Below, one piece after another: positions 1 to 14,696 of a stretch of DNA of 64,000 nucleotides (position 1 is the stretch's first letter; each line of letters starts with the position of its first letter). Source of the DNA: Chrysomallon squamiferum (taxonomy: Eukaryota > Animalia > Mollusca). The DNA lies in NCBI GenBank assembly GCA_012295275.1, contig CM022665.1, positions 12,090,001-12,154,000 on the forward strand, read 5' to 3'. The translations under genes and the position numbers were made by a program. The notes beneath the pieces were generated by a model. That model searched no databases, was not told where the DNA came from, and was given only the letters and a program-made list of their open reading frames with translations.

Positions 1-134
1 GCCATCTCCGCCACGATCTGGAACGACAACTCGGTCTACCGTTCGTTCCTTTCAGTCGTCATAGAAGTTAATATTATAAAATACGGAGAGCTGAAATAGT
101 ACCAATAATTAAAAAAAAAAAAAAAAAAAAAAAT

Positions 135-168
<34 letters not shown>

Positions 169-1100
169 GAGGAGGAGAAAAATGGGGAGAGTATGTCTTT
201 CACTGCTTGTTCATGTTAAACTGAAACATGATATTGGATATGTACATGGTTGGAGGAACGGCATAACGATTAATATAACAGGACATTTTTACTACAGTTT
301 CATGTTCTGAAATAGTCTGGTCTCATTGTCGATATAGTAGATAGGGGTTCCGAGGGGGTCTGGGCAGAGTAATAGCAGTTATTTTGCCACATAATTTTAG
401 GGTGTTTTTCGTCTTCTTTTCTCCATTGCAATAAAAGTAATTTGATTTTGAATGAGATGGCGGTCCCTTTTCAGAAGTTATAACACCTGTTATTTGTAAA
501 GATTTATGTAAAATATGTTGATATAGTATATAGTTAGTTTGAGAATTTTGTTTGGATGAATGTAAGAAGTAGTAACTTTGTAAACTTTGAGACATAAACT
601 GGAAACCCAAAGCAATATAAACAGCAACAACAAAATAGCGTTTATAGCTTTTTGTTACTCCCTCATATATATACATATACATACGTACGTACATGCATAC
701 ATATATACAAATACACGTACATGCATACATACATACATACTGACATTTGTAGACATATAAATACATAAATGTATTTGCATACATGTAATTACCAAAATCA
801 GCCGACAAGAAATCCAACCAAAATCTGGAAATGAAATGCATTATCCGTCGAAAATTTATTCATATTTTGATGATTTTAATTTAAGAAGTTATGAATTGCA
901 ATGGCTTGCCTTAAGATGACATTAACCATCTTGTTAAAAATGTTATGTATAGTATAATCTTGATGTATTTTATATTTATTTCATTTGTGTGTGTACGTGC
1001 GTGTGTGCGTATATATTCATTTCACATTGTTTTTTTTGTTGGGGTTTTTTGGGGTAATATTGTAATTTTAGAATTTTTATTTTATACTTGTTTCCCAAAA

Positions 1101-1210
<110 letters not shown>

Positions 1211-3613
1211 AATAATCAGTCAAGAGCAATAATTATAAAGAACAAGAATAAATATTAAAATCTGTAGTTTTCAATTAATACAATAAATGAAAAATCTAAA
1301 ATAACTGGATATAAAAACGAATCAACAAAGTAACATGGACTTTAGATATTAAAGTGATTCAGTCTTTGTAGAGATTTTGCACCTATTGTAAATTTCGTCC
1401 TGTATTAAATAAAGCACAAGTAATGGTATTATATAATTCATAATTATGAAGTGCACCGAATTAATGCGTTTTTATTATATTAATATTCAACTATGTGTAG
1501 TAATATATACTAAGATAATTATTATAAAAAAAAAAAAAAAAGTATAATATTTTAATATAGAATAAAATTATATGATAATCGTTATGAGTAAATCGGTAAA
1601 TAAGTAAGTAAATAAATATATAGATAAATAATACAAAATATAATAATAATAATAATAATAATGAAATGTTGATGTTATGCATCATTTATAAATTACTTCC
1701 CAATAAAATTAATAATTCACCACCACCACCAACAACAACAATAATAACAAAAATAATAAATTCCTGTATAACTGAAAATAATTTTTTTTTTTTTTTTAAT
1801 TTGTGCATTTTGTTATGACTGATTTAAAAAAAATAGAGGTGATATAGATATATTTTTAATATTAAAATACTCAGTAATGTCCTATATCCTTCTGTTTCAC
1901 ATTTAGATTTTAATTTTGTGCCTTAAATGTTGTTGTAACCCTTTATATACTTTTGCAATTTGTAAACCCTTTTCAGTACCTTAATTCCAAAATGGCATCA
2001 ATCTTTATACTTCTGTCTTTCTGTGAGTCTCTCTGTATGTCTTTCTCTACCTACTTACATACCTACGTACCTATCCACCTCTCTCTCTTTCTCTCACTCT
2101 GTCTGTCTGTGTCTCTATCTTTATCCTATATCCCAGTTCAACCCTCCGATCCTTACATCCGTCCATATATAAATACATACATGTATATATAATTTTGTAT
2201 CTAACGGTTATACATGTTGTTGAATTATATCGTTATTTGAATGGTAACTGACCTATGCCAGTTACATTTAGCTATAAACTCTCTGGTACATATTGTATCC
2301 ACAGAAACAAATAAGTCGCTTAGAGTATTTAGATTCTAGGCTGTTCAGATTTACCGAACGTAATTATTTTTATTTTAAAATTAAAATTATATATATATAG
2401 GCCTATGTAAGATTAGAAAGAAATTTACAACATAACATAAAATGGTCTGTATAGTCTAGACGAGCACAAAATATACTTAATAGACGTGCCTATAATTACT
2501 TTTTATTTTTGTTCTCATCATTCTGTTACCTGTTTTTTGCATTTATTTACCATCATCTTCAAATGACATAAAATGTTAGCGATTATTCGTAAAACTGAAC
2601 AAGTTTTAAGGATTTTGTTAAAGTTGTTTCAGTTTCAGACTAACAGCTATGGAAGGTTTGTGTTTTTGGAAACAGGAGAACGTTTACAACAGCTCATGGG
2701 TGGCGAAAAAAAAACTGTGACTCGCTTGTCTTTGGTATTTAATTTGCAGCTCGCGAAAATAATATTGGCATAGCTCATTTTTGCACAGTATTTAATATAA
2801 AAGGTAAACTACCATCTCCTGCGGCTCTCGAAGATCAGAAGCTGAAGACTTGTGACATTTATCACAAATTTGATCACCCTTGATAGAGACTCTTCTTGGA
2901 CAGGTTCAGAAATTTCAGTGACTCTATAACAGTCGCTCAGATGAATAAATTCTGACGTTTTCTCCTTCAAACCAAAACACAGATGTACGTATATAATATT
3001 TATAAAACCGATAACTTCGATTTATTTTCAAGAAGTAATAGATTTCTTTTTTCTTTTTTTTTTTCTTTATGATGACAATATAATTATGTTCGTATTTGTT
3101 AATTCATTTTTTTTTTTTTTTTTTTGGTTTGTTTTTTAAGAGAGCAGATCATTTTTGATTTTGAACAAGGATATTGTTGAAATATATTTTATGATGTATA
3201 ATAAGTGTGCAATAAATATTATTTAAAGTGTAAGCTTTATTTAATTTCTTTTTGTTTATTAAATAATTTTTATATATGTCGATAGAAATTCCCGTATGAA
3301 AAAAAAAATATATATACAGAGTGAGATGCACAACAATCCAGCTTTGAATATATGAATATTTTGTGTACCTCTGCATGCTTGCGGGTATTCGTATGTATGT
3401 TTTCACTGTGTACTAAAATTAAAACAAAAGTTTATCAGATAAATTACATTTAAAAGAAACAACAACCCCCCGCCATCAATTTTTTTTTACATCGAAATCA
3501 TCCCCAAACAACAACAAAAAGAATAATGACTACTACTACTATAACAATAATAAGAAGAAGAAGAAGGAGAAGAAGAAGGAAAAGAAGAAAAAGAATGATG
3601 ATGATGAGATGAT

Positions 3614-3644
<31 letters not shown>

Positions 3645-4236
3645 ACAAATATTCTGACATTTTTACATCTGTGAATATTTAAATATGATATCAAAAACAA
3701 TAAAATAATTATGTGTATGGATAACATGCTTATAATGATTTACATATGCAAACGTGTGAGTGTAGGTATTATTATTATTATTATTTAATTAATTAATTAA
3801 TTTGTTGCGTCTCTGTGTGCAGAATTTGAACATTTCTGCTAATAAAAGTCTGGTTATACAGATAAAGATGATCTTCGAAACAGCAATTCTGAGGCCTTTC
3901 TCCAGTTAAACTGTTTTCGATGGCAAATAACCACAAAGACTTAGCAACTGTGAACTCTAAAATATATATTCAGTTATTAGCGTCTCTTCTCTAATAATAA
4001 CAATAACAATAATAATAATGGTAATAATAATGATAATGATAATGATGTTGATGACGGTGATGATAACAATGATGATGACGATGAGAATAATAATAATAAA
4101 TTAAAATGAAGCAAAACCGTTAAAAATAAATAGCAAAGAAACAATACTAATAACAAGAAATATGCAAAAAAAAAACAAAAAACAGCAATGAATAATAATA
4201 ATAATTATAACAATAATAATAATAATAGTAATGATA

Positions 4237-4277
<41 letters not shown>

Positions 4278-4788
4278 TTTTATTAATAATTAAGTATAAT
4301 GTGATTTTTAAATTTCTCAGACTTAAAAGAAGTTAAGTTAAATGAATCATTAATGACGGTAATTATATATTTCAGATTTGGCTAAGTTGAAAAACTCTAT
4401 CATATAAATGCTCCTTTTAATAATCATTTTAATTTCATGACAAATCACCCAGAACGTTTTCTACGCAAGTTAAACTGTTCAACACCATGTGCACTGTTTG
4501 TTGTTACCACGATTTTTGTTTTGTTTCATGCCGGCCTTGATTTCAGCTTTAAGAAAATTTAATAATAAAGCACAACATCAGTTTTTATATTTTAATGAGA
4601 CACCCATTACATCAAGTTAAGATACAGAAGAGACATCCTGCATGTACTCTCGCTTCAGGATATTGGTAGAATAAATATAACTTTTTTCCCAATCCAGAGA
4701 GGTCATTACTACAAGGGTTATTGTAATAACAGTTGTATTCTTCATGGACTGATGGTAAAGAAAAAAGATGGAAAGAAAAAAGAAAAAA

Positions 4789-4835
<47 letters not shown>

Positions 4836-5056
4836 CAACAACAACAACAACAACAACAAAACTGAAGAAAATATCAGCTATACGAAAATCAGAATAAGAG
4901 CAAAATATTTTAAAATTCGGGCACATTTAATAATGATGATAATGATAAATAATAATTAATAACAGTAATAACCACAGCAACAAAAACAGTAACAATTTTT
5001 TTTTTTTTTTTGGATATTATAATTTTTTTAAAAGCACTACTACTACTATACGACTA

Positions 5057-5088
<32 letters not shown>

Positions 5089-5540
5089 TCTACTACTACT
5101 ACTAATAATAAAATGAACAATGAACAATGAACAATGAACAAAAAACTTCCACGTATTTTAACCTATGTTAAATCACTATGCAGTGGTAAACATTACGCAG
5201 AAGGTAGTTAACCCACATATTCCGTGTCCTTACCAGCTGCACACCAGTAATAACAACTTGACAAACAGCTTTGTTACAATGTCATTGATTTTGCAATCAA
5301 GTCACTGCGTTACCTAAACGTCTCCTGTTTTTACTTTGGTGCCATAATTGTTTTGCTGCATTGATTTGACGGATGCTGGTTTTTGTGACATTTGGTAGGG
5401 CGTGTGAGAAAAACGAACTCATTGGTGTTAAAAGCGTGTCGGCCACTTCATTGTCTAGTTATTTCCCTAATGGTGACTGGTTCTAGAATAAACGAGTTTA
5501 AATAATCAAACAAAGAAAAGAAAAGAGAAGAGAAAAAGAG

Positions 5541-5572
<32 letters not shown>

Positions 5573-5667
5573 TAAAACAAAAACAGTTTAAATTTAGTGA
5601 GAAAGGTTATACGATGATAAATGGATATAATACCTTGGTTTGTTGATTCGAGGGAAAAAAAACAAAG

Positions 5668-5672
<5 letters not shown>

Positions 5673-5742
<70 letters not shown>

Positions 5743-5844
5743 AATGTATGTGTATGTGTGAGAGACAGTGAGAAAAGAGAGAGAAAGAGAGAGACAGGGA
5801 AAATAGGATAGATAGCGTCAGAGAGAGAACATGGTTGTGAGTGA

Positions 5845-5877
<33 letters not shown>

Positions 5878-5878
5878 T

Positions 5879-5938
<60 letters not shown>
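5673..5938. repeat. Compound (GA)n / (GT)n microsatellites
   Basis: Direct reading. Confidence 0.95.
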
Positions 5939-5941
<3 letters not shown>

Positions 5942-6299
5942 ACAAACAGAGAGAAAATTATAATAAACTGATACGAATAACAAACATCTTGTTAAGTTAG
6001 TGCACATCTATTCGTTTTGAACTTCTGAATAATTGCATACAAAGCGTGGGCCATAAAAGAGAGTAATAGCTTATTAAAGAGAGCAATTATTTTGAAATCC
6101 TGAATCGTTCTGCAGTATAAAGTATCGGCTTGAAAATAATAATAAATCTCCTTCCAGTTATTTGAACAAATAGAACGTAACAATGGTAGAAATGTCGTTG
6201 TTGTTATCAGCATTATTATTATTATTATTATTAATTTAGCCATCCAGTTTTAATAACAAAGTATTTCAATAAACGTGTACAATTTGAAAACATCTGGCT

Positions 6300-6355
6300 G
6301 CCGCCATTTTTCCATAGTTGTGACGTCATGGCGTACAGGGCGGACCGATTGGCTC
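6300..6355 (-). promoter_or_regulatory. Compact promoter-motif cluster: YY1, CRE, GC box, CCAAT box
   Basis: GCCGCCATTTT (6300-6310), TGACGTCA (6321-6328), GGGCGG (6338-6343) and GATTGGCT (AGCCAATC on minus; 6347-6354) occur within 55 bp in AT-rich surroundings. Confidence 0.55.
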
Positions 6356-6541
6356 TGGAGTTTCTTCTAAAAACACTGCTATCAGTTCAAAATTAAAAAC
6401 AAAATTATTTCGATTACTGTGTGTAAAATAGAGGATGGTATAAAAAATAATTATTTATGAATATTCATAAAATATTAAATTAAAACACTGCAAAACATGT
6501 GAAAAAAATATAAATAATTCAGATCCGAGAAAGATGTATAA

Positions 6542-6573
<32 letters not shown>

Positions 6574-6597
6574 TAGCCACCAATAAAACAACGACAA

Positions 6598-6642
<45 letters not shown>

Positions 6643-6667
6643 AACAACAATAAAAAAATCTAATATA

Positions 6668-6708
<41 letters not shown>

Positions 6709-7070
6709 ATCTTGTTACTATGACACTGCACTAAATAAATCTGTCACATTTAATTTTCCGCTATCCCGATAAGATTATAATCGGAAACACCACATCACAT
6801 TAATTGAACACTACACCATTTCGAGATATGTAGCTACAGCGACAGATTTTAGACTCTGGATTGGTCCAAATCTTAACGAATAACAATTTACGATTTTCTG
6901 GCCTGGCCAGAGTGTTTGTTATTTCTATTTTTTAATTTCTTCTAAATAATATTTTTATTTTCTATTACGCAGTTAGGATTCAGATTCCAAGAGTGTAAAA
7001 GAAATATATTTCGCATTGCCTACTAAAATGAAAATACAAAGTTTTCAGAGAGTAGAAAATTAAAAGCCTG

Positions 7071-7072
<2 letters not shown>

Positions 7073-7151
<79 letters not shown>
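7073..7151. repeat. (TC)n microsatellite
   Basis: Direct reading. Confidence 0.98.
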
Positions 7152-7153
<2 letters not shown>

Positions 7154-7482
7154 CCCAATTTCTGTCAATAGAAAGGATTTAAAACAATCTAAAACCAAAC
7201 AACAAGAGAATAATTTTATCTTCAAATCGAAGATGCTACATTATCGATGTCCTGAGTTCCTCTTTGTTTTCGAATCAATGCTTCTCTTGAAATAGAAACT
7301 AAAGTCGATGTGATTTGCCAGAACTTGCCAGAATTTGAAGAATTTCTTCTCTCAGCCATTTAATGGATTTTAGATATTTCAAAATCTTTTGAATTATTAA
7401 TTACACTTTGATATGACACTTGATTCAAATTCTATGTTAAGGATAGTTCTTTTTCTTCTTTCTTTCTTTCATTTTCATTTTG

Positions 7483-7515
<33 letters not shown>

Positions 7516-8666
7516 TAATCTTAATACCTATATTTATGTTTCACTGTTGTTTTTACGATTTCTTAAAATTGTTTTAATGTTTTTATTTCTTTTCATTTTT
7601 TTTTTTCTAATTAAAAAGGAAAATAATCTAAAGATTTATAAAACTTTTTTCTATTTTTTTTTTTTATCATGAATATATTTTTTTAAATTGCATTTAATTG
7701 TTTTTGTTCTTTCTGTTTTATTTTTATTTACTTGTTTATTTTTTACTATTTTTTTATGATTTATTTTTCATTCAATGTCCTCTCTAAAAGGTAACATTTC
7801 AAATCTCTCTGTATATTTCTCTCTCAGATTCCTTCTCTCTCTCAGTTTCCTTGTCTCTCTCACTTCTCTCTATGGTGCTACTGTTTCCCGTTCCAAAGAG
7901 AATAAATGGTGCCTGTGTATGTGCGTGCGTGTATGTATCTGTGTGTGAGTGTGTGTGTGTGCTCGGAGACACACACCCATACATACATACATACATATAA
8001 ACAAATATACACATTTATACAAACAAATGTAAGTAAGATAGATATTCATAGATATTCACATAAACACACACGACATTAGAATGAAAATTATAATTTATTT
8101 CACTCGTAACTTTAAAATGTCTTTAGAACTCGATACAAATTTATTTATTTCTCGTACCAGCACACAAATATCCCAACAACAACAACAACAACAACAACAA
8201 ACACAGTGTACACCTTTTGTCTTTTAAACCTGTTCTTCACGTTCTGACAAAAATAAAACTGCTGGAATAATACAAATTTAAATCTTAGAGTGGTTACGTT
8301 ATGTTTACGAAGCTAAAAACCACACACGGAGAAAGAGTATTGTTCTTAAATCACACACATACACATTAGAGCCAGAATCGAGGACGTCACAGATCAATAA
8401 GAACAATGCCATGACTTGAGATTAACGATCAGATATGTATGAAAGTACCACATCAGTTGTTTATAATTCGTAAAACGCTTGACGAGCCGGGATGGTACGT
8501 CAGCTGTCACAGTCACATGGTATATTAAATACGATGATCTGACTGACTGCTATATCATGTGTGTTTACGATTTAATCATGGCCAAAGAAAATGAATAATT
8601 TAGTTTCGTATTTCTCTCTGATTTACCTTTTCTTAGTTTCTATGTCTCACTGGTTCTCTAATGTTT

Positions 8667-8865
8667 TGTATGTATGTATGTATGTATGAATGTATATTTG
8701 TGTGTATGTTTGTATGTATGTATGTATGTATGTATGTATGTATGTATGTATGTATGTATGTATGTATGTATGTATGTATGTGTGTGTGTATGTATATATG
8801 TATGTTTGTATGTATGTATATATATATATATATATGTACGTATGTATTTATGTGTGTGTGTATGT
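8667..8865. repeat. (TATG)n with TG/TA tracts
   Basis: Direct reading; explains the MYVC-repeat ORFs. Confidence 0.95.
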
Positions 8866-9036
8866 TTCTGTCTCTTTCTATTGTCTCTCTTTTATTATGA
8901 CTCTTCTTTCTTCTCTTTAAATGTCCCAGTCTTGTATGTATGCCAATTGAAAAAACAAAACAACAACAAAAAAATCACATAAACAGTTATGAGCATACAA
9001 ACATAGATAACAACAACAACAACAACAACAACAAAA

Positions 9037-9067
<31 letters not shown>

Positions 9068-10224
9068 AAAATAAAAAAAAAAAAAAAAAAAAAAATTAAA
9101 AATTACAAAATTAAAATACAAATAAATAAATAATGAAAGGTAGCTTGAATTTTATTTTAGAAAAAGAACAAAAGAAAACGAGACGACTGTTAACCAGCAA
9201 CATCAAATGACGGATGAAATATTTTATTGACGACTAACTGAATATATTTTTTCACTCAACTTAATAATACAGATAATTTGAGAAGAAACTTATACTTCTC
9301 ATATGAACAGGCAACTCTGTTTTCGATAAGCGGCAAGCGATATTTTCCAAGTACCTTCCCATAAACTAAAACAGGTTCTTACAACAAATACTCTTTTGTA
9401 GACAAATCGCTGGGCTCTGGCTGGAACGGGAAATTTTCCAATGACAGCAACCAAGGAATAACTGATCCTGCACCCTATCATGTCTCACGTCATCGTATTA
9501 TGCATTTCAACCGCAGCCGCTTCAATAAAACTACATTACAAGTGTAACAAATCTCACCAAATCTCTGAAAATACCATAATTCTTAGGTAAATAATTCAAG
9601 TAAATCAACAAAGGTTCAAGGACACTTGTCTTGTCCTGACCGAACGACCCCCCCCCCAGTTCTTTATATTACACATAATGGACGATATTGTCACTGTTTT
9701 TACATGATCATTAATCAAAATTAATGGACCGCTATGAAACAAGGCGGATTAGTACGAACGGCGTGCACGGTGATGCCCGATTCATGCCGATCACTACCGA
9801 GCTGTGACGAATCGTGATCAGAATATATATATAATGTTTATAACATGAACATAGTTTCCATATTCACCTGATCATCGTGTTCAAAAATAAAATAAAATAA
9901 AATAAATAAAAAATATAACAAAAAAAGTAAAAAAAAAAAAAAAAAAAAGAAAGAAAGAAAGTACTATAAATAGAATAGGAAATATTCGCTAAAAGTAACT
10001 CGGCATTCTGCTTTAAACTGGGCAGAATTCAACAAATATCATCAGACAAGAAATGGATACTAAAATATTTTTCTCATCAAATATTCAACGTTTGAGCATG
10101 TATCGATGTAATTTTATATTACTTATATTAAATATCTATGAATTTTCTATAATGCAATCAGTTGCATTTTAAATATGTATGAATACGAACAAGTAAATGT
10201 ATGCACATGTGCAAATCGGGTAAA

Positions 10225-10600
10225 TGCATATATATACGTATGCACGTATGTGTATATATTTATGTCTGTATGTGTACGTGTGTATGCATGTAAGTGTGAA
10301 TGTATGCATGTGTGTATGTGTGTGTGTCTATGTATGTGTGTGTATGCATCCTTATACCTGTGTATATGTATGTTCCGTATGCTTGTGTATATATGTATGT
10401 GTATGTGTGTGTCTTTGCTTGTTTGTTTTTATGTGTATATATATATATGTTTGTGTAATTTTTGCTTGTGTGTCTTTCTGTCTGTCTGTCTGTCTGTCTC
10501 CATATGTTTATGTATGTGTAAATATCTGTATGTATTTATGTGTGTGTGTTTATATGTATGCATGTGTATATTTTTATACGGGAATAATAATGTGTGTATG
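10225..10600. repeat. Degenerate TG/TATG low-complexity tract
   Basis: Direct reading. Confidence 0.9.
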
Positions 10601-10899
10601 AAATGCATAACTGAGTGTACAGGTGTAAAAACGTAAGTTTATTTATTTAACTCTTTATTTATGTGACTTATTTAAATATATTTTGATGTAATCGATACAT
10701 TAACAAATATATATCAATCTAAAAAAAACCTGCTAGACGAAATAATCTATAACGTTTCTTCTTCTTCTTCTTCTTCTTTTATTTTTCTTTTTTTTTTTTT
10801 TTTTTTTTTTCTCAAATACTTTATCAAGGTTACAGAACTCAGTGAATAATCTGCGTAAATCGTGACCTATTCTTCCGTGAAAAAAAGAATTTATTGTAT

Positions 10900-11500
10900 G
10901 AAATCGGACTGGCAGTACAAAGCTAGCAAAAACAGATAACACATCGGGAACGTGGAACCGCAGAGCCGGGTAAAACACGAGCAAACTGGCACCATTGAAA
11001 TAACGGTAAATGCGTTTTGCGCTCATCGTCTGGCCGCACAAAAGAACACACGAGATTGTTTTATCTGCGTGCACGTTTTACTTCTTTCTGATCGGCAGAC
11101 CGCGACGTACACAGTGAGGACGTACACAAAACTCGTTTTAGCCAGCTGCCACTGCGAACTGGGGTCTTTCAACAGCGCCAGAAACAACGACAGAAGCAAT
11201 CGATGTAAGAATTATATTTCATCTGCAGCAAGCATGTGACGCGATGGCATAATGAAAAAAAAAAAAAACAGCAACATGGAAACCAACAAACACTCGCGCA
11301 CAGAGACACACACAAAAACATCGCTCACTCTCAACACATATTAGCACTCGTCTCGGCGAAGGGCTTACAGAAAATCTAACGAACTGCCGTCGTCTGCAGC
11401 CAATGGTAAGCTGCCTGCCTCGCCGCGCGACATATGGAATACAGCTAGGTTTTACAAACTCCCTTTTACACTGTCAAACAGTCGGAGCGCTTGTGAAGGT
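10900..11500 (+). promoter_or_regulatory. CpG-richer segment upstream of the stum-like ATG; probable promoter/5' UTR
   Basis: GC and CpG content are visibly higher than the flanks, just upstream of the first coding exon. TSS is not determinable. Confidence 0.4.
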
Positions 11501-11761
11501 GTGTTATTGGTTTTTTTGTGTGTTGTTGTTGTCTTTATAATGCAGGAACCGTTATCCGGCATGAATAGAAAGAAACAGCGTCGTGGTTTGGTGGAAAAAA
11601 CACTACAGTCATTTTCTGTTTTACGTTTCGTTGGATTGTTTTAATCGTTAACGGAAGAGGAAACATTCTTTTATCGTTGAAAACAATATAAAAAAAAAAA
11701 AATAAATAATAATAATAATAATAAAACTTACTGACTTGATTAGCACTTACGAGATTTTGAA

Positions 11762-12014
11762 ATGCAAGTGGTATACAGCGGAGGTTCGTCCACCCCGAAC
11801 CCGTCCCCACGGCTCCAGAGAAAGGCGTATTGTGGCGGGTACGGGAGGCCTATCTTGCCGGGATACCTGGCGAACTCGCACCCTCATATCGTGATACACA
11901 GGTCGAAGGAAAAGCTGACGGAGGGGGACACGAGTCTGAGAGATTCCATACCAGCCATGACAAAACCTATCGCCGTCTCATGTCTTATTCTCAACATTCT
12001 AGTGCCTGGGTTCG
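11762..12014 (+). CDS. stum: stum/SPEC3-family membrane protein, coding exon 1 of 3
   Basis: ATG at 11762 opens a GC-rich ORF ending ...LRDSIPAMTKPIAVSCLILNILVPGF-G, which matches the Spec3/stum motif (IPxMxxxxAxxCLILNIxxPGxGT). It ends at a consensus donor G|GTAAGT (12015), phase 1. Confidence 0.9.
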
Positions 12015-12392
12015 GTAAGTTACTTAACAGTTTGGCTTAACTTTAATTGTTTTCTTCATTATTGTTAGTACTGTTGTTGTCATTATCATCATCATCATCA
12101 TCATCATTGCCGTCGTCGTCGTCATCATTATCATGATTATCGTCATCATTATCGTCAATAGTAATAGCAGTTTTATTTAATTTAGAGACCTCTACAACAC
12201 TCATTATTATCGTCATTGTAGTTATTGTTGTTGTCGTTGTCATTATTAGTATTTTATTATCGTTTAATTTTAGGATGAAATGGCTTGATACACTTTGTTA
12301 ATTATATTTCTGGAGTGTGTGTTTGAAATACAGGACGTACCTACGTTTTTATTCATTTATATATGTATTTATTTACTTATTTACTTATGCAT

Positions 12393-12435
<43 letters not shown>

Positions 12436-13075
12436 TTATTACCTTTTGTTTTTGCCATGGGAAATCCAAGCAACAGTGACCTCATCGATTTGCTAATGTA
12501 ATATATAAACTCATTTACGAGAACAAATTGAAAAACTCTTCATTTTCCCCTTTGGTAATACTCCCTTATAACTAACACTCACACGTGTCAGTTCACCAGA
12601 GTCAAATCTGCTGGGATTTTTTTTCTATTTATTTTATCGTTTTATTATTTCTCCTAACTCTTCTTCCTCGTTCGTTTTAATTACGCTGAAATCACGCTGT
12701 CTTCTTTTCACCACCCTGGGCTTTTCTCATTTCTATCAGTATTCCGTAAGTGACGCATCAAAGACTCGACTTGTTTAAATCTGCCTGATTAGAAAACAGA
12801 CAGAGCAGACGCTTCGGTGTTAATTGAAAAGAAGTAACTTGTATTAGCTTTTCTAGGTGTGATTTTTTTTTTTTTTTTTTTCCCCCTTCTAATTATTAAG
12901 TTTTACATAAATTCTAGGATGATGATGGACATAGGGAAGAGGGCAGTGGGTTAGTTCCTTTAAAAAATATATATATTTTTGATGATTTAAAAAAAAAAAA
13001 AATGTTTTGAATAGTAAAATTGATTTCGTTTTGAAAGTTATATCCTTATCAGTAATGACATCTCTCCCCTCTAAC

Positions 13076-13106
<31 letters not shown>

Positions 13107-13484
13107 TCCTCTATTCGCCCCTGAAGACCTTTTGTCTTACAGTGTTGAAATAGTCGATAAATAAACTAAACTAAATTAATAAATAATGGTGAGAGAAAAT
13201 TAATCAGTTTGAGAATCTTAATTAAAGAAGGGTGCGTATTTTAATTAATGTTCGTATACTTAAAGAAGTCTAATTTAATTTTAATTAATGTTTTATTTAT
13301 AATAATAATAATAATTAACAGTGCTTTCTATTTATGCCCAGACATTGTTGTTAATAACATTCCTATGACTGGTTTTATGTTTTTCAGCTGTTTAGTTTTT
13401 TTTTTTTTTTTTTTTTTCATAAGATATTTAACAGTTACATAAACAAATAAATAACAGCAACAACACACATGTATTATGCATGCA

Positions 13485-13632
13485 CGTATGTAAGCATGAG
13501 TGTGTATGTGTATATGTATGTATGTATGTATGTATGTCATGTATGTATGTATGTATGTATGTATATATGTATATATATATGTGTATATATATATATGTAT
13601 GTGTATGTATGTGTGTATGTATGTATGTACGT
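13485..13632. repeat. (TATG)n/(TA)n tract
   Basis: Direct reading. Confidence 0.9.
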
Positions 13633-14247
13633 ATCAATAGATAGGATGCACAGATGTACGTACGTCTTTACAGACTGTTTATACTTTTATCTGAAGTTCA
13701 GGTGTTCTCTTTAGAACGCATCTTTCTTCGTAAACACAAACCATATCACTGGATTCTTTCTTTCAACCGAGATCGATCTGATAAAGTACGAAACACTTTG
13801 ACGTGTACCTAACCAACCAGCCGGGCTTCAACCCGTAGCCTGGAGATGCACTTCAGACTGCAAGACGCTGCTGAAATTGTCAGACGATTGTGTCAAATCA
13901 CACTAATTTATTTTTTACTACTTGTTGCTCGTGTGGTCCTTCTGCGCCCGATAATGAAGCCGCGCTCGATTGCTGGTAATTTTATTTTCTTAATTTAATA
14001 GATAAGCCCTGAGATATCGATACAGTTTCAAACTGTAATCAAAACGTCAAACGGAGAGACGATTTCGCTCGCAAGCAAATGGGAAGGGCTTTAAGTGGAA
14101 GGTGTCGGGTCCAGACGTTTGGTAAACAACCCACTTGTTGTTGTTGTTTGTTTTTTCTTCTTTTTAGTCTGTTTTTGTAAACTTTGGACACTGAGGTATT
14201 GTGATGAAGGTTTTTTGATATGAAAACATTTATACTGCAGATATAAA

Positions 14248-14283
<36 letters not shown>

Positions 14284-14591
14284 GTTATTATTATTACTAT
14301 TATTGTTATTAATAATAATATATTATTATTACTACTGTTACCGTTATTGTCATTGTAAGTAGTAGGAGCAGGAGTAGTAGAAGTAGTGCTAACATTAATA
14401 GTAGTGATTGTAGCACTAGTAATTGTAATAGTAACAGAAGCAGCAGTAACAGTACTATTAGTATAATAGTAGTAGTATATGTAAGAGAAGCAGTAGTAAC
14501 AGTACTAGTGGTAATAGTAGTAGATGAAATAGCAGAAGATATCGGGAAGTTTCGAAACGTCTCTCTTGTTGTACAGATGACAAAAACTGAT

Positions 14592-14696
14592 ATGAATATA
14601 CCTTTAGCTTACTGTTTATGTCCAATTAACTTTTGAAACAAGCCAGGTCTGGCAACAGTTAATCCATGTACAAAATAAGCTAAAACTATACAGTTG
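14592..14696 (+). repeat. ~100-bp dispersed direct repeat, copy 1
   Basis: Shares ctgtttatgtccaattaacttt...gtctggcaacagttaatcca.gtacaaaataagc with 17105-17207; moderately diverged. Confidence 0.85.

Noticed and set aside
323-841. 172-aa minus-strand ORF
   Set aside because: The N-terminal half is TATG repeat, and the rest has no recognisable domain or convincing splice sites.
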